Below, piece by piece: positions 19,350 to 29,598 of a stretch of DNA of 62,914 bases; the first letter of the stretch is position 1, and each line of letters begins with the position of its first letter. Source of the DNA: a virus (taxonomy: Duplodnaviria > Heunggongvirae > Uroviricota > Caudoviricetes); IMG/VR virus record IMGVR_UViG_3300021403_000003, positions 113,952 through 176,865 of that record. One strand, written 5' to 3'. The notes under the pieces are model-generated. The model ran no database searches and had not been told where the DNA came from. It saw only the letters and a program-made list of their open reading frames with translations. The translations under genes were made by a program, and so were the position numbers.

Positions 19350-20742
19350 AATTTTCACAGAACGTGCCCAAAAGATCCTTTTTGATGAAATTCAGACCTA
19401 TACAACAAAATATAACATGCCTCCCACGAAAGAGGCATTGTCTGTAATTTTCAATAACAAAACCAATATCAGCGAAGGTGATTTTGATTCTTGTTTACAT
19501 CTGATTGATGATATTCTCTCATCAAAGGATGTTAGTGACCAACAATGGTTGATTGATGAATCGGAAAAGTTCTGTCAAGAACGTGTTCTCCATAATGCAA
19601 TTCTAGAATCCATCCATATCATGGATGGTGTGGAGAAAAACAAAGACAAAGGCATGATTCCAAAGATCTTAAGTGATGCTTTGGCAATATCTTTTGATCC
19701 AAATATTGGTCACGACTACCTGGATGATGCTGATGATCGATATGAGTTCTATCATCGTGTAGAAGAACGCATCCCATTTGATCTTGAGATGTTGAACAAG
19801 ATTACAAAGGGTGGATTGCCGAAGAAAACTCTCAATGTGATACTTGGTGGTATCAATGTTGGTAAAACCTTGGCTATGTGTCATTGTGCAGCAGGTTATT
19901 TGGCACAAAACAAAAATGTGTTATATATCACATTGGAAATGGCACAAGAGAGAATTGCACAACGCATTGATGCAAATTTGTTGAATACAAGTCTTGATGA
20001 TATTGAAAGTTTAAGCAAAATCGAATATGACAAAAAGATGCAAAGGCTCAAAAGTCATATCAAAGGTAAATTGATCATCAAGGAATATCCAACAGCATCA
20101 GCTGGGGCTATCCACTTCAAATCTCTCTTGAATGAACTCAAACTAAAAAAACAGTTCACTCCAGACGTGGTTATTATTGATTACGTCAATCTCTGCGTGT
20201 CTTCCCGCTTGAAAATGGGATCAAACATAAACAGCTACCTTTACATTAAAGCAATTGCAGAAGAGTTGAGAGGACTTGCAGTTGAGTGTGATATTCCAAT
20301 TTTAACAGCTACTCAATTGACCCGTGAAGGATTTGGTAGTTCTGATCCGGATATGACAGATGTAGCTGAGAGTTTTGGTTTGCCTGCAACAGCTGACTTC
20401 ATGATTGTTTTGATAAATACAGAAGAACTGGAAACAGCAGGGATGATTCAAATCAAACAAATCAAATCAAGATACGGAGATGTAACAAAGTACAAAAGGT
20501 TTGTGGTTGGTATAGATCGTTCGAAAATGAGACTGTATGATGTTGATGAAAAGGCCCAGAAACAGGTGGCCGGAGCTGATAGTTATACAGTTTCATCTCC
20601 AACTCCACAATCAGAAAGACCACAAAGAACAGAAAAGCCACCCATGGGCAAGGTTAAGTATGTAGATGAATTTGATTTTGGCAAATCATTTGCCAAATCA
20701 ATCAGTGAATTGAAGGGTGGATCAGAAGGCATAAAAGTTTGA
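19264..20742 (+). CDS. 41: replicative DNA helicase (gp41)
   Basis: GGINVGKT Walker A, YITLEMA, IIKEYPTASA, IIDYVNL, SESFG-like AESFGLPATAD. Confidence 0.96.
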   Translation: MSQIEKVILKNLITNEPFVRKVLPYLKNEIFTERAQKILFDEIQTYTTKYNMPPTKEALSVIFNNKTNISEGDFDSCLHLIDDILSSKDVSDQQWLIDESEKFCQERVLHNAILESIHIMDGVEKNKDKGMIPKILSDALAISFDPNIGHDYLDDADDRYEFYHRVEERIPFDLEMLNKITKGGLPKKTLNVILGGINVGKTLAMCHCAAGYLAQNKNVLYITLEMAQERIAQRIDANLLNTSLDDIESLSKIEYDKKMQRLKSHIKGKLIIKEYPTASAGAIHFKSLLNELKLKKQFTPDVVIIDYVNLCVSSRLKMGSNINSYLYIKAIAEELRGLAVECDIPILTATQLTREGFGSSDPDMTDVAESFGLPATADFMIVLINTEELETAGMIQIKQIKSRYGDVTKYKRFVVGIDRSKMRLYDVDEKAQKQVAGADSYTVSSPTPQSERPQRTEKPPMGKVKYVDEFDFGKSFAKSISELKGGSEGIKV

Positions 20743-20781
20743 TGGTCATAAATAGCCATCTTCTTGAGATTGGAGGTCGTA

Positions 20782-22374
20782 GTGAAAAAGAACCTGAGTG
20801 TTGAAGAGGTTGTACAGTTCTACAGAGAATGTGGAGTTGTTGCTGAAGTAGCTCGTCGCTTTGGTATATCAGTCAAAACAGTCCGAAAATATCTGCAAGC
20901 AGCAGGAGTCAATAAGCCAATTTTCGGTGGACAAGTACAAGATACAATCGAAGAACATTCACGTCCTTTGCCTCCAAAAGGTAAAGTATATCGTTATCTT
21001 TTAACAAGTGCTCAAAACAATACAAGGGTTTGGGATAAGTGGTGGATGAATCTCATCACTTTGAAAAATCATTACAAAGCTGAATTACTAATTGGTACAT
21101 TCACATACAATCGTGACATGTATTTTTATCAATTTAAACGCGGAACTCATCCTAAAGTTCAAGAAAAAGTTTGGTATGATCCACGTGTGGTTGAATATGC
21201 ATGTGATCATCGGGTAGAATTAGCCCCAGGCTTAGTGTTTTGTGGTGAACAAAACATCATTCCGACTGCTGAGCGTCCACTTCAGGGTTTGAAAACTTAT
21301 ACTGGCACGCGTGATGGTATCTTTCCTCATGTTAAAGTTGCTATGGAATCTGTCGCAACCGTGGGTGATAGAGCCAAATTCAATTACACCACAGGAACAA
21401 TTACCAAACGTAATTACATTACCAAAAATGCTGGTTTAAAGGCCTCCTTCCATCATGTTTATGGTGCACTACTTGTAGAAGTCAATTCTGAAGGTGAATA
21501 TTGGATTCGTCAAATCATTGCAAACAAGCATGCAACTATTCAGGATCTTGATGTCATTATTGACAATGGAGTCGTGACAACAGGAAATCGAGTTGAAGCC
21601 ATCAATTGGGGTGATATACATGTTGAGGAGACAGATCCATATGTTATGAAGGGTTCATGGGGCAAAGGTGGTATGCTTGATCAACTCAAGCCAAAATATC
21701 AATTCATGCATGATACCATGAGTATGTCAGCACGTAATCATCATGATAAAGATAATCATCATGTTTTGTTTGAAAAATGGGTCACAGGTCGTGATTCTGT
21801 TGAACAAGAACTTGCAGACGTGGTTATATTCTTAGATACAATTTCATATAGACCTTGGTGTAAAACAATTGTTGTAGATTCCAATCACGATCGTGCATTG
21901 GATAAGTGGCTTAAAGAATCAAATCATAAACGCGATCCTGCAAATGCTATCATTTACTTAAAACTCGAGTTATCAAAATTACAAGCCATCGAAGCAGGAC
22001 AAGAAAATTTCCATTTATTGGAGTTTGCATGTAAAGGTCTTGGTCTGAAGAACAACATTAACTTCTTAAAAAGTGATGATTTTGTTATTTGTAAGGATGC
22101 CACTGGTGGCATCCAATGTGGTATGCATGGTGATCGTGGACCAAATGGGGTAAAAGGTTCTGCACAAAATCTCTCGAAAATTGGTTGCAAAGCAAATATT
22201 GGTCACAGTCACAGTTCAGGAATTGTTGATGGGTTATATGTTGCTGGTACATCAACTGGTCGCAAACTTGGTTATACAAGTGGACCAAGTTCTTGGTCCC
22301 AATCAGATATTGTGACTTACCAAACTGGAAAACGTGCAATCATCACAAAGATCCGTGGTAAATATCGAGCCTAA
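20782..22374 (+). CDS. HTH plus metallophosphoesterase-like protein (T5 A1-like)
   Basis: N-terminal HTH (VAEVARRFGISVKTVRKY), LLTSAQNNT, WGDIH, SNHD, HGD.GPNG, GHSHS; GTG start after GGAGG. Confidence 0.6.
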   Translation: MKKNLSVEEVVQFYRECGVVAEVARRFGISVKTVRKYLQAAGVNKPIFGGQVQDTIEEHSRPLPPKGKVYRYLLTSAQNNTRVWDKWWMNLITLKNHYKAELLIGTFTYNRDMYFYQFKRGTHPKVQEKVWYDPRVVEYACDHRVELAPGLVFCGEQNIIPTAERPLQGLKTYTGTRDGIFPHVKVAMESVATVGDRAKFNYTTGTITKRNYITKNAGLKASFHHVYGALLVEVNSEGEYWIRQIIANKHATIQDLDVIIDNGVVTTGNRVEAINWGDIHVEETDPYVMKGSWGKGGMLDQLKPKYQFMHDTMSMSARNHHDKDNHHVLFEKWVTGRDSVEQELADVVIFLDTISYRPWCKTIVVDSNHDRALDKWLKESNHKRDPANAIIYLKLELSKLQAIEAGQENFHLLEFACKGLGLKNNINFLKSDDFVICKDATGGIQCGMHGDRGPNGVKGSAQNLSKIGCKANIGHSHSSGIVDGLYVAGTSTGRKLGYTSGPSSWSQSDIVTYQTGKRAIITKIRGKYRA

Positions 22375-22391
22375 TTTGATGAGGATACATT

Positions 22392-23357
22392 ATGAAATAT
22401 ATGATTGTGACTGGCGGATTTGGATTCATAGGCTCTAATTTTATTCATCACATAATGGCCAAGGAACCAGACTTGGCCATTATCAACATTGACTGTTTGA
22501 CATATGCTGGAAAAGAATCAAATCTGGATGGTATTGACAAAACCAGATTAATTAACAAAAATTTCGATCTGGGTTGGGATTGGAATGTAGACAGTATAAA
22601 GTACATCATTGATGAATACACTCCTGAATGGATTGTTCATTTTGCTGCTGAGTCTCATGTAGATAACTCAATTGAAGATCAATCACCATTCCTGAAGACC
22701 AACATTTATGGAACGATTCATTTACTAGAAGCAATCAAAAAGGCAAAACACAAAGTCAAATTCCTTCATATGTCTACAGATGAAGTGTATGGTTCTTTAG
22801 AATTAAATAAAAATGGAATGACTTTGGAAGTTGCCCCATTCCACCCCAATTCTCCTTATGCAGCATCAAAGGCTGCAGCTGAATGTTTTGTCATGGCGTA
22901 TGGTTCTACATTTAATGTCCCATACATCATCACTAATTGTTCCAATGTCTATGGTCCACGTCAACACCTAGAGAAGTTCATCCCGAAAACAATAAACCAT
23001 GCTTTGAGGGGAAAGTATATTCAGGTGTACGGTAATGGTGAGAATCAGAGGGATTGGATCTACGTTGACGAAGTTTGCGAGGCATTGGAAATTGTGTTGT
23101 CCTTGGGAACTTTCGGTGAGAAGTATAACATTGGAACAAATAATACAACTTTGTTGAACAACAATCAAGTTGCAAACAAGATTATCAATTTAACCAATGC
23201 AGATCCTGGACTGTTAACTCATGTCAAGGACCGTCCGGGTCACGATTTGAAATATCATGTTTGCTCTTACAAAATAAACCAGTTAGGATGGAAGTCCACG
23301 ACGAAGTTCGATGATGGTATAGCAAAGACAATTGATTGGTTCAAGGTGAAGAAATGA
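22392..23357 (+). CDS. rmlB: NDP-glucose 4,6-dehydratase (RmlB-like)
   Basis: VTGGFGFIGSNF, HFAAESHVD, STDEVYG, YAASK, DRPGHD. Confidence 0.9.
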   Translation: MKYMIVTGGFGFIGSNFIHHIMAKEPDLAIINIDCLTYAGKESNLDGIDKTRLINKNFDLGWDWNVDSIKYIIDEYTPEWIVHFAAESHVDNSIEDQSPFLKTNIYGTIHLLEAIKKAKHKVKFLHMSTDEVYGSLELNKNGMTLEVAPFHPNSPYAASKAAAECFVMAYGSTFNVPYIITNCSNVYGPRQHLEKFIPKTINHALRGKYIQVYGNGENQRDWIYVDEVCEALEIVLSLGTFGEKYNIGTNNTTLLNNNQVANKIINLTNADPGLLTHVKDRPGHDLKYHVCSYKINQLGWKSTTKFDDGIAKTIDWFKVKK

Positions 23358-24670
23358 GTGAAGATTTTGATTTGAAAGGAATGATCAAGGACATTGCAAT
23401 GAATGTCCAACCAAAATACTTGTATAATCAAAGAACCTTCGAACCAGGAAAGACTCCATTGCTATACAGTGGCCCGTTCTGGGACCACGAAGAAATTCAA
23501 CTTGCCATGGAAGCTTTCTTGACAGGCAGTTGGATTACAACAGGCACGTATGTTCATCGCTTCCAGAACATATTTGCCAAAACATTCAATGTGAAACACG
23601 CTCACATGGTGAACAGTGGCTCAAGTGCAAATCTCGTCATGATTGCTGCATTGAAGAAGCATTTGAAATGGAATGATGGTGATGAAATAATTGTTTCTCC
23701 TGTAGGATTTCCAACAACCATTGCTCCACTTGTGCAAAATGGTTTGAAACCTGTGTTTGTTGATATTGAAATGAACACACTGAACTTTGACATTGACAAA
23801 ATCAGTGAAAAGATCACTGATCGCACAAAGGCTATCTTTGTTTCACCTGTTTTAGGAAATCCACCTGATATGGATGCTCTACTGGCAATTTGCGTGCCTG
23901 ATAACATCATCCTGGTTGGTGACAACTGTGACAGCCTGGGAACCAAATGGAATGGTCGGTATCTCAATGAGTATTACTATGCTTGGTCAACAAGTTTCTA
24001 TCCAGCCCACCACATCACCACAGGTGAGGGTGGTATGGTTTGTTGCAATGACGATGATTTGATCAAAACTGCTCGTTCGATTTCATGGTGGGGTCGCGAT
24101 TGCCATTGTGTAGGACAAGCTAACCTCCTTGCTTGTGGTACCTGTGGCAATCGCTTTTCTAAATGGTTGGTTGATGATGGTGTTGATACAGTCATGGACC
24201 ACAAATATCTGTTCACAAATATGGGTTACAACCTGAAGCCTCTTGACTTACAAGGTGCTATCGGGTTGGCTCAGATGAAAAAACTCCCAATCATCGAGTC
24301 CAAGCGTCGTGAAAACTTCAATGCTATCGCTACAATTATCAATGGTTACAAACCATACATCAAAACGGCGGAGCAATTGATTGAGGCTGATCCATGTTGG
24401 TTTGGTGTTCCTATTATTGTAAAGGAAACCAAAATGAAACAGTCATTTGTCGATTTCCTGGAAAAGAACAAAATTCAGACGCGCAACTATTTTGCTGGTA
24501 ATCTTCTTCGTCATCCTGGTTACAAGCATCTTGATGACGCAAACAAGTATCCAAATGCTGACAAAGCTTTGACCAACGTATTTTTCATTGGTTGTCCTCC
24601 TCACTATGGTTCTGATCACATCAAATATCTCAGTGAAACAATTGAAAAATTTTTCATTGCAGGTGGTTGA
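23354..24670 (+). CDS. rfbH: CDP-4-keto-6-deoxyglucose 3-dehydrase (RfbH/DdhC, E1-type)
   Basis: DegT fold with SFYPAHHITTGEGG (His replacing the Schiff-base Lys) and Cys cluster RDCHC..CGTC; QTRNYFAGNL. Confidence 0.82.
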   Translation: MSEDFDLKGMIKDIAMNVQPKYLYNQRTFEPGKTPLLYSGPFWDHEEIQLAMEAFLTGSWITTGTYVHRFQNIFAKTFNVKHAHMVNSGSSANLVMIAALKKHLKWNDGDEIIVSPVGFPTTIAPLVQNGLKPVFVDIEMNTLNFDIDKISEKITDRTKAIFVSPVLGNPPDMDALLAICVPDNIILVGDNCDSLGTKWNGRYLNEYYYAWSTSFYPAHHITTGEGGMVCCNDDDLIKTARSISWWGRDCHCVGQANLLACGTCGNRFSKWLVDDGVDTVMDHKYLFTNMGYNLKPLDLQGAIGLAQMKKLPIIESKRRENFNAIATIINGYKPYIKTAEQLIEADPCWFGVPIIVKETKMKQSFVDFLEKNKIQTRNYFAGNLLRHPGYKHLDDANKYPNADKALTNVFFIGCPPHYGSDHIKYLSETIEKFFIAGG

Positions 24671-24732
24671 ATTTATTCTTACATAAGAGTTAGGTAAGAT
24701 ACTTCAGTCGCATTAACTTCCACGGATATTTT

Positions 24733-25158
24733 ATGCAAGCCTTATTTGACAAATTTGAAAATGACATGCTCACGATATACGATAACCTGATTTCATTGGG
24801 CCGAGATGAATTTCTGGAGCGTATTAAAGAAGAAGCTGCCATTGACGCCGACCGTGGGGTCAATATATTCAGCCAGGTATACAAACAGAATAAAGCTCGT
24901 TCCATACTTGGTATGAAGCCAAGTCAAGAACAAAAAACTGAAACAGTAGGAGAACCAGAACTACCAGAAAATTTCATTACGATTTTGAAACAATCTGACA
25001 TTGGTTGTATCAATGTTTTTTACATTAATCGTTCCTTGATCAAAACATTGGCATCTAGACTTTCTTATTATGGGAAGAAGCTCAATTGCAAATTCTCATA
25101 TGAAAGCACTGAGTTGATCAATGGCCAAATGCGTGTGATTGTCAAGAGGATTACTTGA
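24733..25158 (+). CDS. hypothetical protein
   Basis: 141-aa ORF in sense orientation. Confidence 0.6.
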   Translation: MQALFDKFENDMLTIYDNLISLGRDEFLERIKEEAAIDADRGVNIFSQVYKQNKARSILGMKPSQEQKTETVGEPELPENFITILKQSDIGCINVFYINRSLIKTLASRLSYYGKKLNCKFSYESTELINGQMRVIVKRIT

Positions 25159-26042
25159 ATTCTTTGACAATGTTTGGGAGCCACGGATTTGTTGGCTCCC
25201 ATTTTTGGGATCGTCATTGGTCAAGTATGAGTGGCAATCCCAATTACACCAAGGGTAGAAGAAACACCCGAAGTGATTATCAGGTTTATACACCTGATGT
25301 GTTGTATTTCATTAGTACTGTTCACAATTACAACATCTTCGAAAGTTCCCATATCGATATCGATACCAATCTCACAACACTCATGACAGTGTTAGACAAC
25401 TGGCATGCAGTAATCAAAAAAGATGATCAAAACACAGGTTCAGTATCCAGAGGTGTATTCAATTTTATTAGTTCTTGGTTTGTATATGGTGATACTTCTG
25501 ATCCACACAATGTCAAGGAAACTGATCCTTGTGAACCAAAAGGATTTTACAGTATCACCAAACGTTGCGCTGAGCAGCTTATCAAGTCTTATTGTGAAAC
25601 ATTTGGTTTGAATTATCGTATATTGAGATTGGCCAATGTTGTTGGTCCAGGTGACCAAAAGATTTCTAAACAGAAAAATGCTTTGCAGTTTTTGATTAAT
25701 CAACTCAAAGACAATCAACCGATTGAAATTTATGGTGATGGTACATTTTATCGTGATTACATCCATGTGAAAGATTGCGCTGATGCAATCAACCTTGTAA
25801 TCAACAAAGGTAACATCAATGATATTTATAACATCGGAAATGGAAAAACATGGAAATTCAGGGACATCTTATACTATGCTCGTAGAGAACTCAATTCTCA
25901 TAGTGTGATGAGTTTTGTGGAACCAAAACCATTTCATCAAAGTGTTCAGGTAAAATCTTTTTACATGGACAATAGCAAACTTATTTCTCTTGGTTATAAA
26001 CCAAATTACATCAACGAAGAACTTTATAAGTCATTGCTTTGA
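25155..26042 (+). CDS. NAD-dependent epimerase/dehydratase (SDR)
   Basis: GSHGFVG, ISSWFVYG, YSITK (YxxxK), YRDYIHVKD; TTG start. Confidence 0.85.
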   Translation: MNSLTMFGSHGFVGSHFWDRHWSSMSGNPNYTKGRRNTRSDYQVYTPDVLYFISTVHNYNIFESSHIDIDTNLTTLMTVLDNWHAVIKKDDQNTGSVSRGVFNFISSWFVYGDTSDPHNVKETDPCEPKGFYSITKRCAEQLIKSYCETFGLNYRILRLANVVGPGDQKISKQKNALQFLINQLKDNQPIEIYGDGTFYRDYIHVKDCADAINLVINKGNINDIYNIGNGKTWKFRDILYYARRELNSHSVMSFVEPKPFHQSVQVKSFYMDNSKLISLGYKPNYINEELYKSLL

Positions 26043-26081
26043 TGCTGCTAAATAGGTAATAGATAACACCTTGAGGCATCA

Positions 26082-27185
26082 ATGTCCTTCCGTAAATTTA
26101 TCACTGAAAGTGTTGCTTTAAACAACAAAAAAGAACACGTTGAAGATCATGTCTTCAATGGAAAAGATGGTGCTGATCATGCTATCGATACTCTAAAAGG
26201 TGTCCATGATCGTCTAAAGGGTGAGGCAACAGAAGTAAAAGTCAAACACGATTACAGTAGCAATTGTTGTATTGTGTTTGGACACGATCCAAAGACTGAT
26301 AAATTTTTCGTGAGTACAAAACAAAAGGCATTGACTGACAAACCTGTTCTCTGTTTCACCAAATCAAACATTGACAAGAATTTCAAAGATAATGAAGCTG
26401 ATACATTGAATTTGTCTCTACAACATCTTCCGAAGGTAGTTCCTCCATCAGGTGTGTACATGGGAGAAATAATGTACACTAAAGATGGAGTCTATGATGA
26501 CGATGACAAGTATCACTTTATTCCAGAATCAACAGTGTATAGTGTCAAAAAGAAGGATGATAATGCAAAATCAATGAAAGAAGCTGATATTGGTCTTATC
26601 GTGACTGCAAAATTACACGGTAGGGATATGTCCAACATGGTTATAAATCATGACCCTGACATTCAGAACTTTCGACAAAGTAAATGTGTTCATGTAATTG
26701 ATCCTGAAGTATCTATGGACAAAGGTGGAATTGATGAAGAAACTGATAACGCTGTCACAAAACATCTAAAAGATGCTGACAAAGAAAACATGAACACTCA
26801 CCCAGATGCCCATCATGAAGCAGCAATTCATTCAAATCATCTGAAGCAATATGTGAATGATCTATCCAAAAATTTGAATGAAGAAGAATCACCAGATAAA
26901 CCTACCCCGATGGGATTCAAAGCTTTCCTAACGAAGAAATTCAAAGATGATAAAACAACATTGCTTTCTCATATGGCTCATGTTGATGAACATCATGATA
27001 AGTACAATTCATTATTGACTTTGCATCATCATTTGACGAAAGCAAAGTGTAAGCTGATTGATGCTTTGAATGATAAAGGAGGCTTTGAAAGAAGCGATGA
27101 GGGTGATTTATTGACAGATCATGGTTACATTGTTGTTAATAAAGGTCGCGTCAGTAAAATGATCAATCGATCCAAGAAGCACTAA
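26082..27185 (+). CDS. T4-like DUF6267-like protein with degenerate ligase-type motif
   Basis: MSFRKFITE head-protein-like start, EHVEDHV, FGHDPKTDKFFVSTK, YMGEIMY. Confidence 0.5.
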   Translation: MSFRKFITESVALNNKKEHVEDHVFNGKDGADHAIDTLKGVHDRLKGEATEVKVKHDYSSNCCIVFGHDPKTDKFFVSTKQKALTDKPVLCFTKSNIDKNFKDNEADTLNLSLQHLPKVVPPSGVYMGEIMYTKDGVYDDDDKYHFIPESTVYSVKKKDDNAKSMKEADIGLIVTAKLHGRDMSNMVINHDPDIQNFRQSKCVHVIDPEVSMDKGGIDEETDNAVTKHLKDADKENMNTHPDAHHEAAIHSNHLKQYVNDLSKNLNEEESPDKPTPMGFKAFLTKKFKDDKTTLLSHMAHVDEHHDKYNSLLTLHHHLTKAKCKLIDALNDKGGFERSDEGDLLTDHGYIVVNKGRVSKMINRSKKH

Positions 27186-27223
27186 ATAATTCAACATATT
27201 ACACGGCACACAGAGTTGCACGA

Positions 27224-28714
27224 ATGAGTCTCAAAACAGAACAGTATATTGCTGTCTATCTTCTTGGTGGCCCTGGATCAGGAAAAGACGCAATTCTCCA
27301 CAACACGGTTTTGAACAAAAAGCCAATTGTTGAAATCAGTCTGGATAAGCTCCATAAAGCAATCCTTGAAACAAAAAACGTAGCTGAAATCAATGATGGT
27401 GAAACCCTTGTTGTTAATGGTAATGCAGATGATGCCGATAAAGTTTTGTTGACGAAAAAAGTTCTAGAATCTGTTGGATACGAAACAATTGCTGTGTACG
27501 TTTACACAACCAATGAGGTGTCCAGAGCCCGTAACGAACAACGCATAAAACTTGGTAACAAAACATTCAGTGAAGAGGCTCGTGCAAAGAAGTACGCAAA
27601 CGCATCAAAAAACATTGCTATCTTTAAAGAAACATTTGGGGATTATTTGTTCCTATTCAACAATAGCAATAATTTGATGAATGAAGAAACTCAGGGATGG
27701 TTAATTGAACTAAACGCTGAATTAAATGGATTGTTAGTTAAGACAGAAGTTGATGTTGAAGTTGAAACCTTCTTAGAAGGATACGAAGACTACAATGCTC
27801 ATCAAAAGTTAGTCAAAACTGCAAAACAAAAAACAAAGCCTGGTGGCAATGATTATTTCAGTCACAATGAAATACAAAACCGTCCAAAAACAAACAAATC
27901 TCAAGACAAAATTCCTGTCCCTCCTCGTCCATCAAATGTAGGTCCAAGTCACAAATTCACTGAGGAAAAGACAGGATTCAAGAATTTCAAGTCTAAAAAA
28001 GCTTTACCACCAACTGCAACAGGTCACGCTGATGGTAGTAATGGGATGATTCAAACAGAACAGAACAAAAAGGCACCAGCAAAAGCATTAAAACCACCAG
28101 TTACCCAAGGTCAAATTCGTCCATTAACGGCTGATGGTGGAGCATCGAATCCTCTTGCAGCTGAAGAAAAAGGAGTCAAGAAGTCTACAAAGACACCTCC
28201 TGAATCAACTGATGCAAGGCAAGGTGATGATATGGATGGAGTTTCAACAATAGGTGAAACATCAACTCCAGCATCAAGAGAAATTAAAAGGAAAGCTCAA
28301 ATCACTGCTCGTGAAAGATATTCCAAGAAACAATTCATCAATAAATACAAACCATTAAAGACAAGTTCAGTTGCTGACACCAATAATCAAGGTCAAGAAT
28401 TGTCTACTGTTGGTGCGCTTTCTGTTGAGTCTAGAACCCTGTCATTAATTAAGCAAAATATGATAAATAGATCACCAGCTGAAACTACCAATCAACCAGA
28501 AATTTACGAAGATTGGGGTATTGAAGGTGAAGAGGTATTATTTGAAGGTTGTCGTGTTCGTACAAACAAACCATTCAAACGTGATAAGAAATATGCTGTG
28601 TATGTCAAAGATGGTACAGACATCAAATTGATGATGTTTGATCGTAAAGGCAGCATCACATTACAAGAAAACATCAAACCGACAGATGTAAGATTTTGGG
28701 AGACGAGAAAATGA
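27224..28714 (+). CDS. P-loop (zeta-toxin/kinase-like) domain plus low-complexity linker; probable virion protein
   Basis: LGGPGSGKD Walker A; K/P/T-rich middle; C-terminal NKPFKR.KKYAVYVKD module. Confidence 0.55.
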   Translation: MSLKTEQYIAVYLLGGPGSGKDAILHNTVLNKKPIVEISLDKLHKAILETKNVAEINDGETLVVNGNADDADKVLLTKKVLESVGYETIAVYVYTTNEVSRARNEQRIKLGNKTFSEEARAKKYANASKNIAIFKETFGDYLFLFNNSNNLMNEETQGWLIELNAELNGLLVKTEVDVEVETFLEGYEDYNAHQKLVKTAKQKTKPGGNDYFSHNEIQNRPKTNKSQDKIPVPPRPSNVGPSHKFTEEKTGFKNFKSKKALPPTATGHADGSNGMIQTEQNKKAPAKALKPPVTQGQIRPLTADGGASNPLAAEEKGVKKSTKTPPESTDARQGDDMDGVSTIGETSTPASREIKRKAQITARERYSKKQFINKYKPLKTSSVADTNNQGQELSTVGALSVESRTLSLIKQNMINRSPAETTNQPEIYEDWGIEGEEVLFEGCRVRTNKPFKRDKKYAVYVKDGTDIKLMMFDRKGSITLQENIKPTDVRFWETRK

Positions 28715-29598
28715 AGGATTTCTTCAGTAAGAATAATTTGGCATTACCAGAAGGCTTTTTGGAAGCAACAGCTCAAGTTGCAAGAAGTACATTGAAAACA
28801 GAAGTTATTTCAGTGGATTCAGCAAATGATATGGTACATGTTCCAGGATATGGTGTTGTGAAGAAACACCAAGCTGAAAGTGAAGCACATTTGGCAAGTG
28901 CATTAGCACATGAACATTTGAGCAAGGGTAATTATTCCCATGCAGCCATTCAACATGAACGAGCAGCAATGTTCGGAAGAGCATTACATGCTCATAATTC
29001 TGCCAAAGAGCATGTTGCAGAAGAAACCCAACTTGATGAAGCTAAGAATATTCACGAACAACCACCTCATATTCAACAATTAGAACGGATGAAATCTGGG
29101 TTTGCTAATCACAGCAAGCAGCATCAATTTGCAGTTTTAGCTGGAAATCATGAAAAGGCTGATAAGCACCATGAATTGATGGATCATTATGGTAGAGCAG
29201 TGCGTCATATACAAAAAACAAATACAATATACACTGGGCAGAAATTGTCTGAGGAACTTCAACAACTTGACGAATTGAGCAAGAAAACTCTTGGTTCATA
29301 TGCAAATAAAGCATCAAATGCTTTGCAATATCATGCAAATCAACAAGGTTTATCTGCAGCAGTAAGCAAAGATGTATACAAACATCATGGTGAAAAATCA
29401 AAGAAACGTTTGAGAGGTTTACAAACTGCTGTTGGGAAATTGGCAAAAGAAGAAGGTCAAGTCGAAGGAACTGTAACAGAAGATCAACAAGAACCACATG
29501 TAGGTCGTGTCCAAGACAAATATCGTCGTGAAATGGCTCGTAAGATGAAAAACAAGGATAAAGAAAAGAAAGAAGGAAAGGAAGGAAAATACAAATGA
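28711..29598 (+). CDS. His/Lys-rich putative internal head protein
   Basis: Repeated LxE sites (LDEAK, LSEEL, LDELSKKTLGSYANKA); His/Ala-rich. Confidence 0.6.
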   Translation: MKDFFSKNNLALPEGFLEATAQVARSTLKTEVISVDSANDMVHVPGYGVVKKHQAESEAHLASALAHEHLSKGNYSHAAIQHERAAMFGRALHAHNSAKEHVAEETQLDEAKNIHEQPPHIQQLERMKSGFANHSKQHQFAVLAGNHEKADKHHELMDHYGRAVRHIQKTNTIYTGQKLSEELQQLDELSKKTLGSYANKASNALQYHANQQGLSAAVSKDVYKHHGEKSKKRLRGLQTAVGKLAKEEGQVEGTVTEDQQEPHVGRVQDKYRREMARKMKNKDKEKKEGKEGKYK

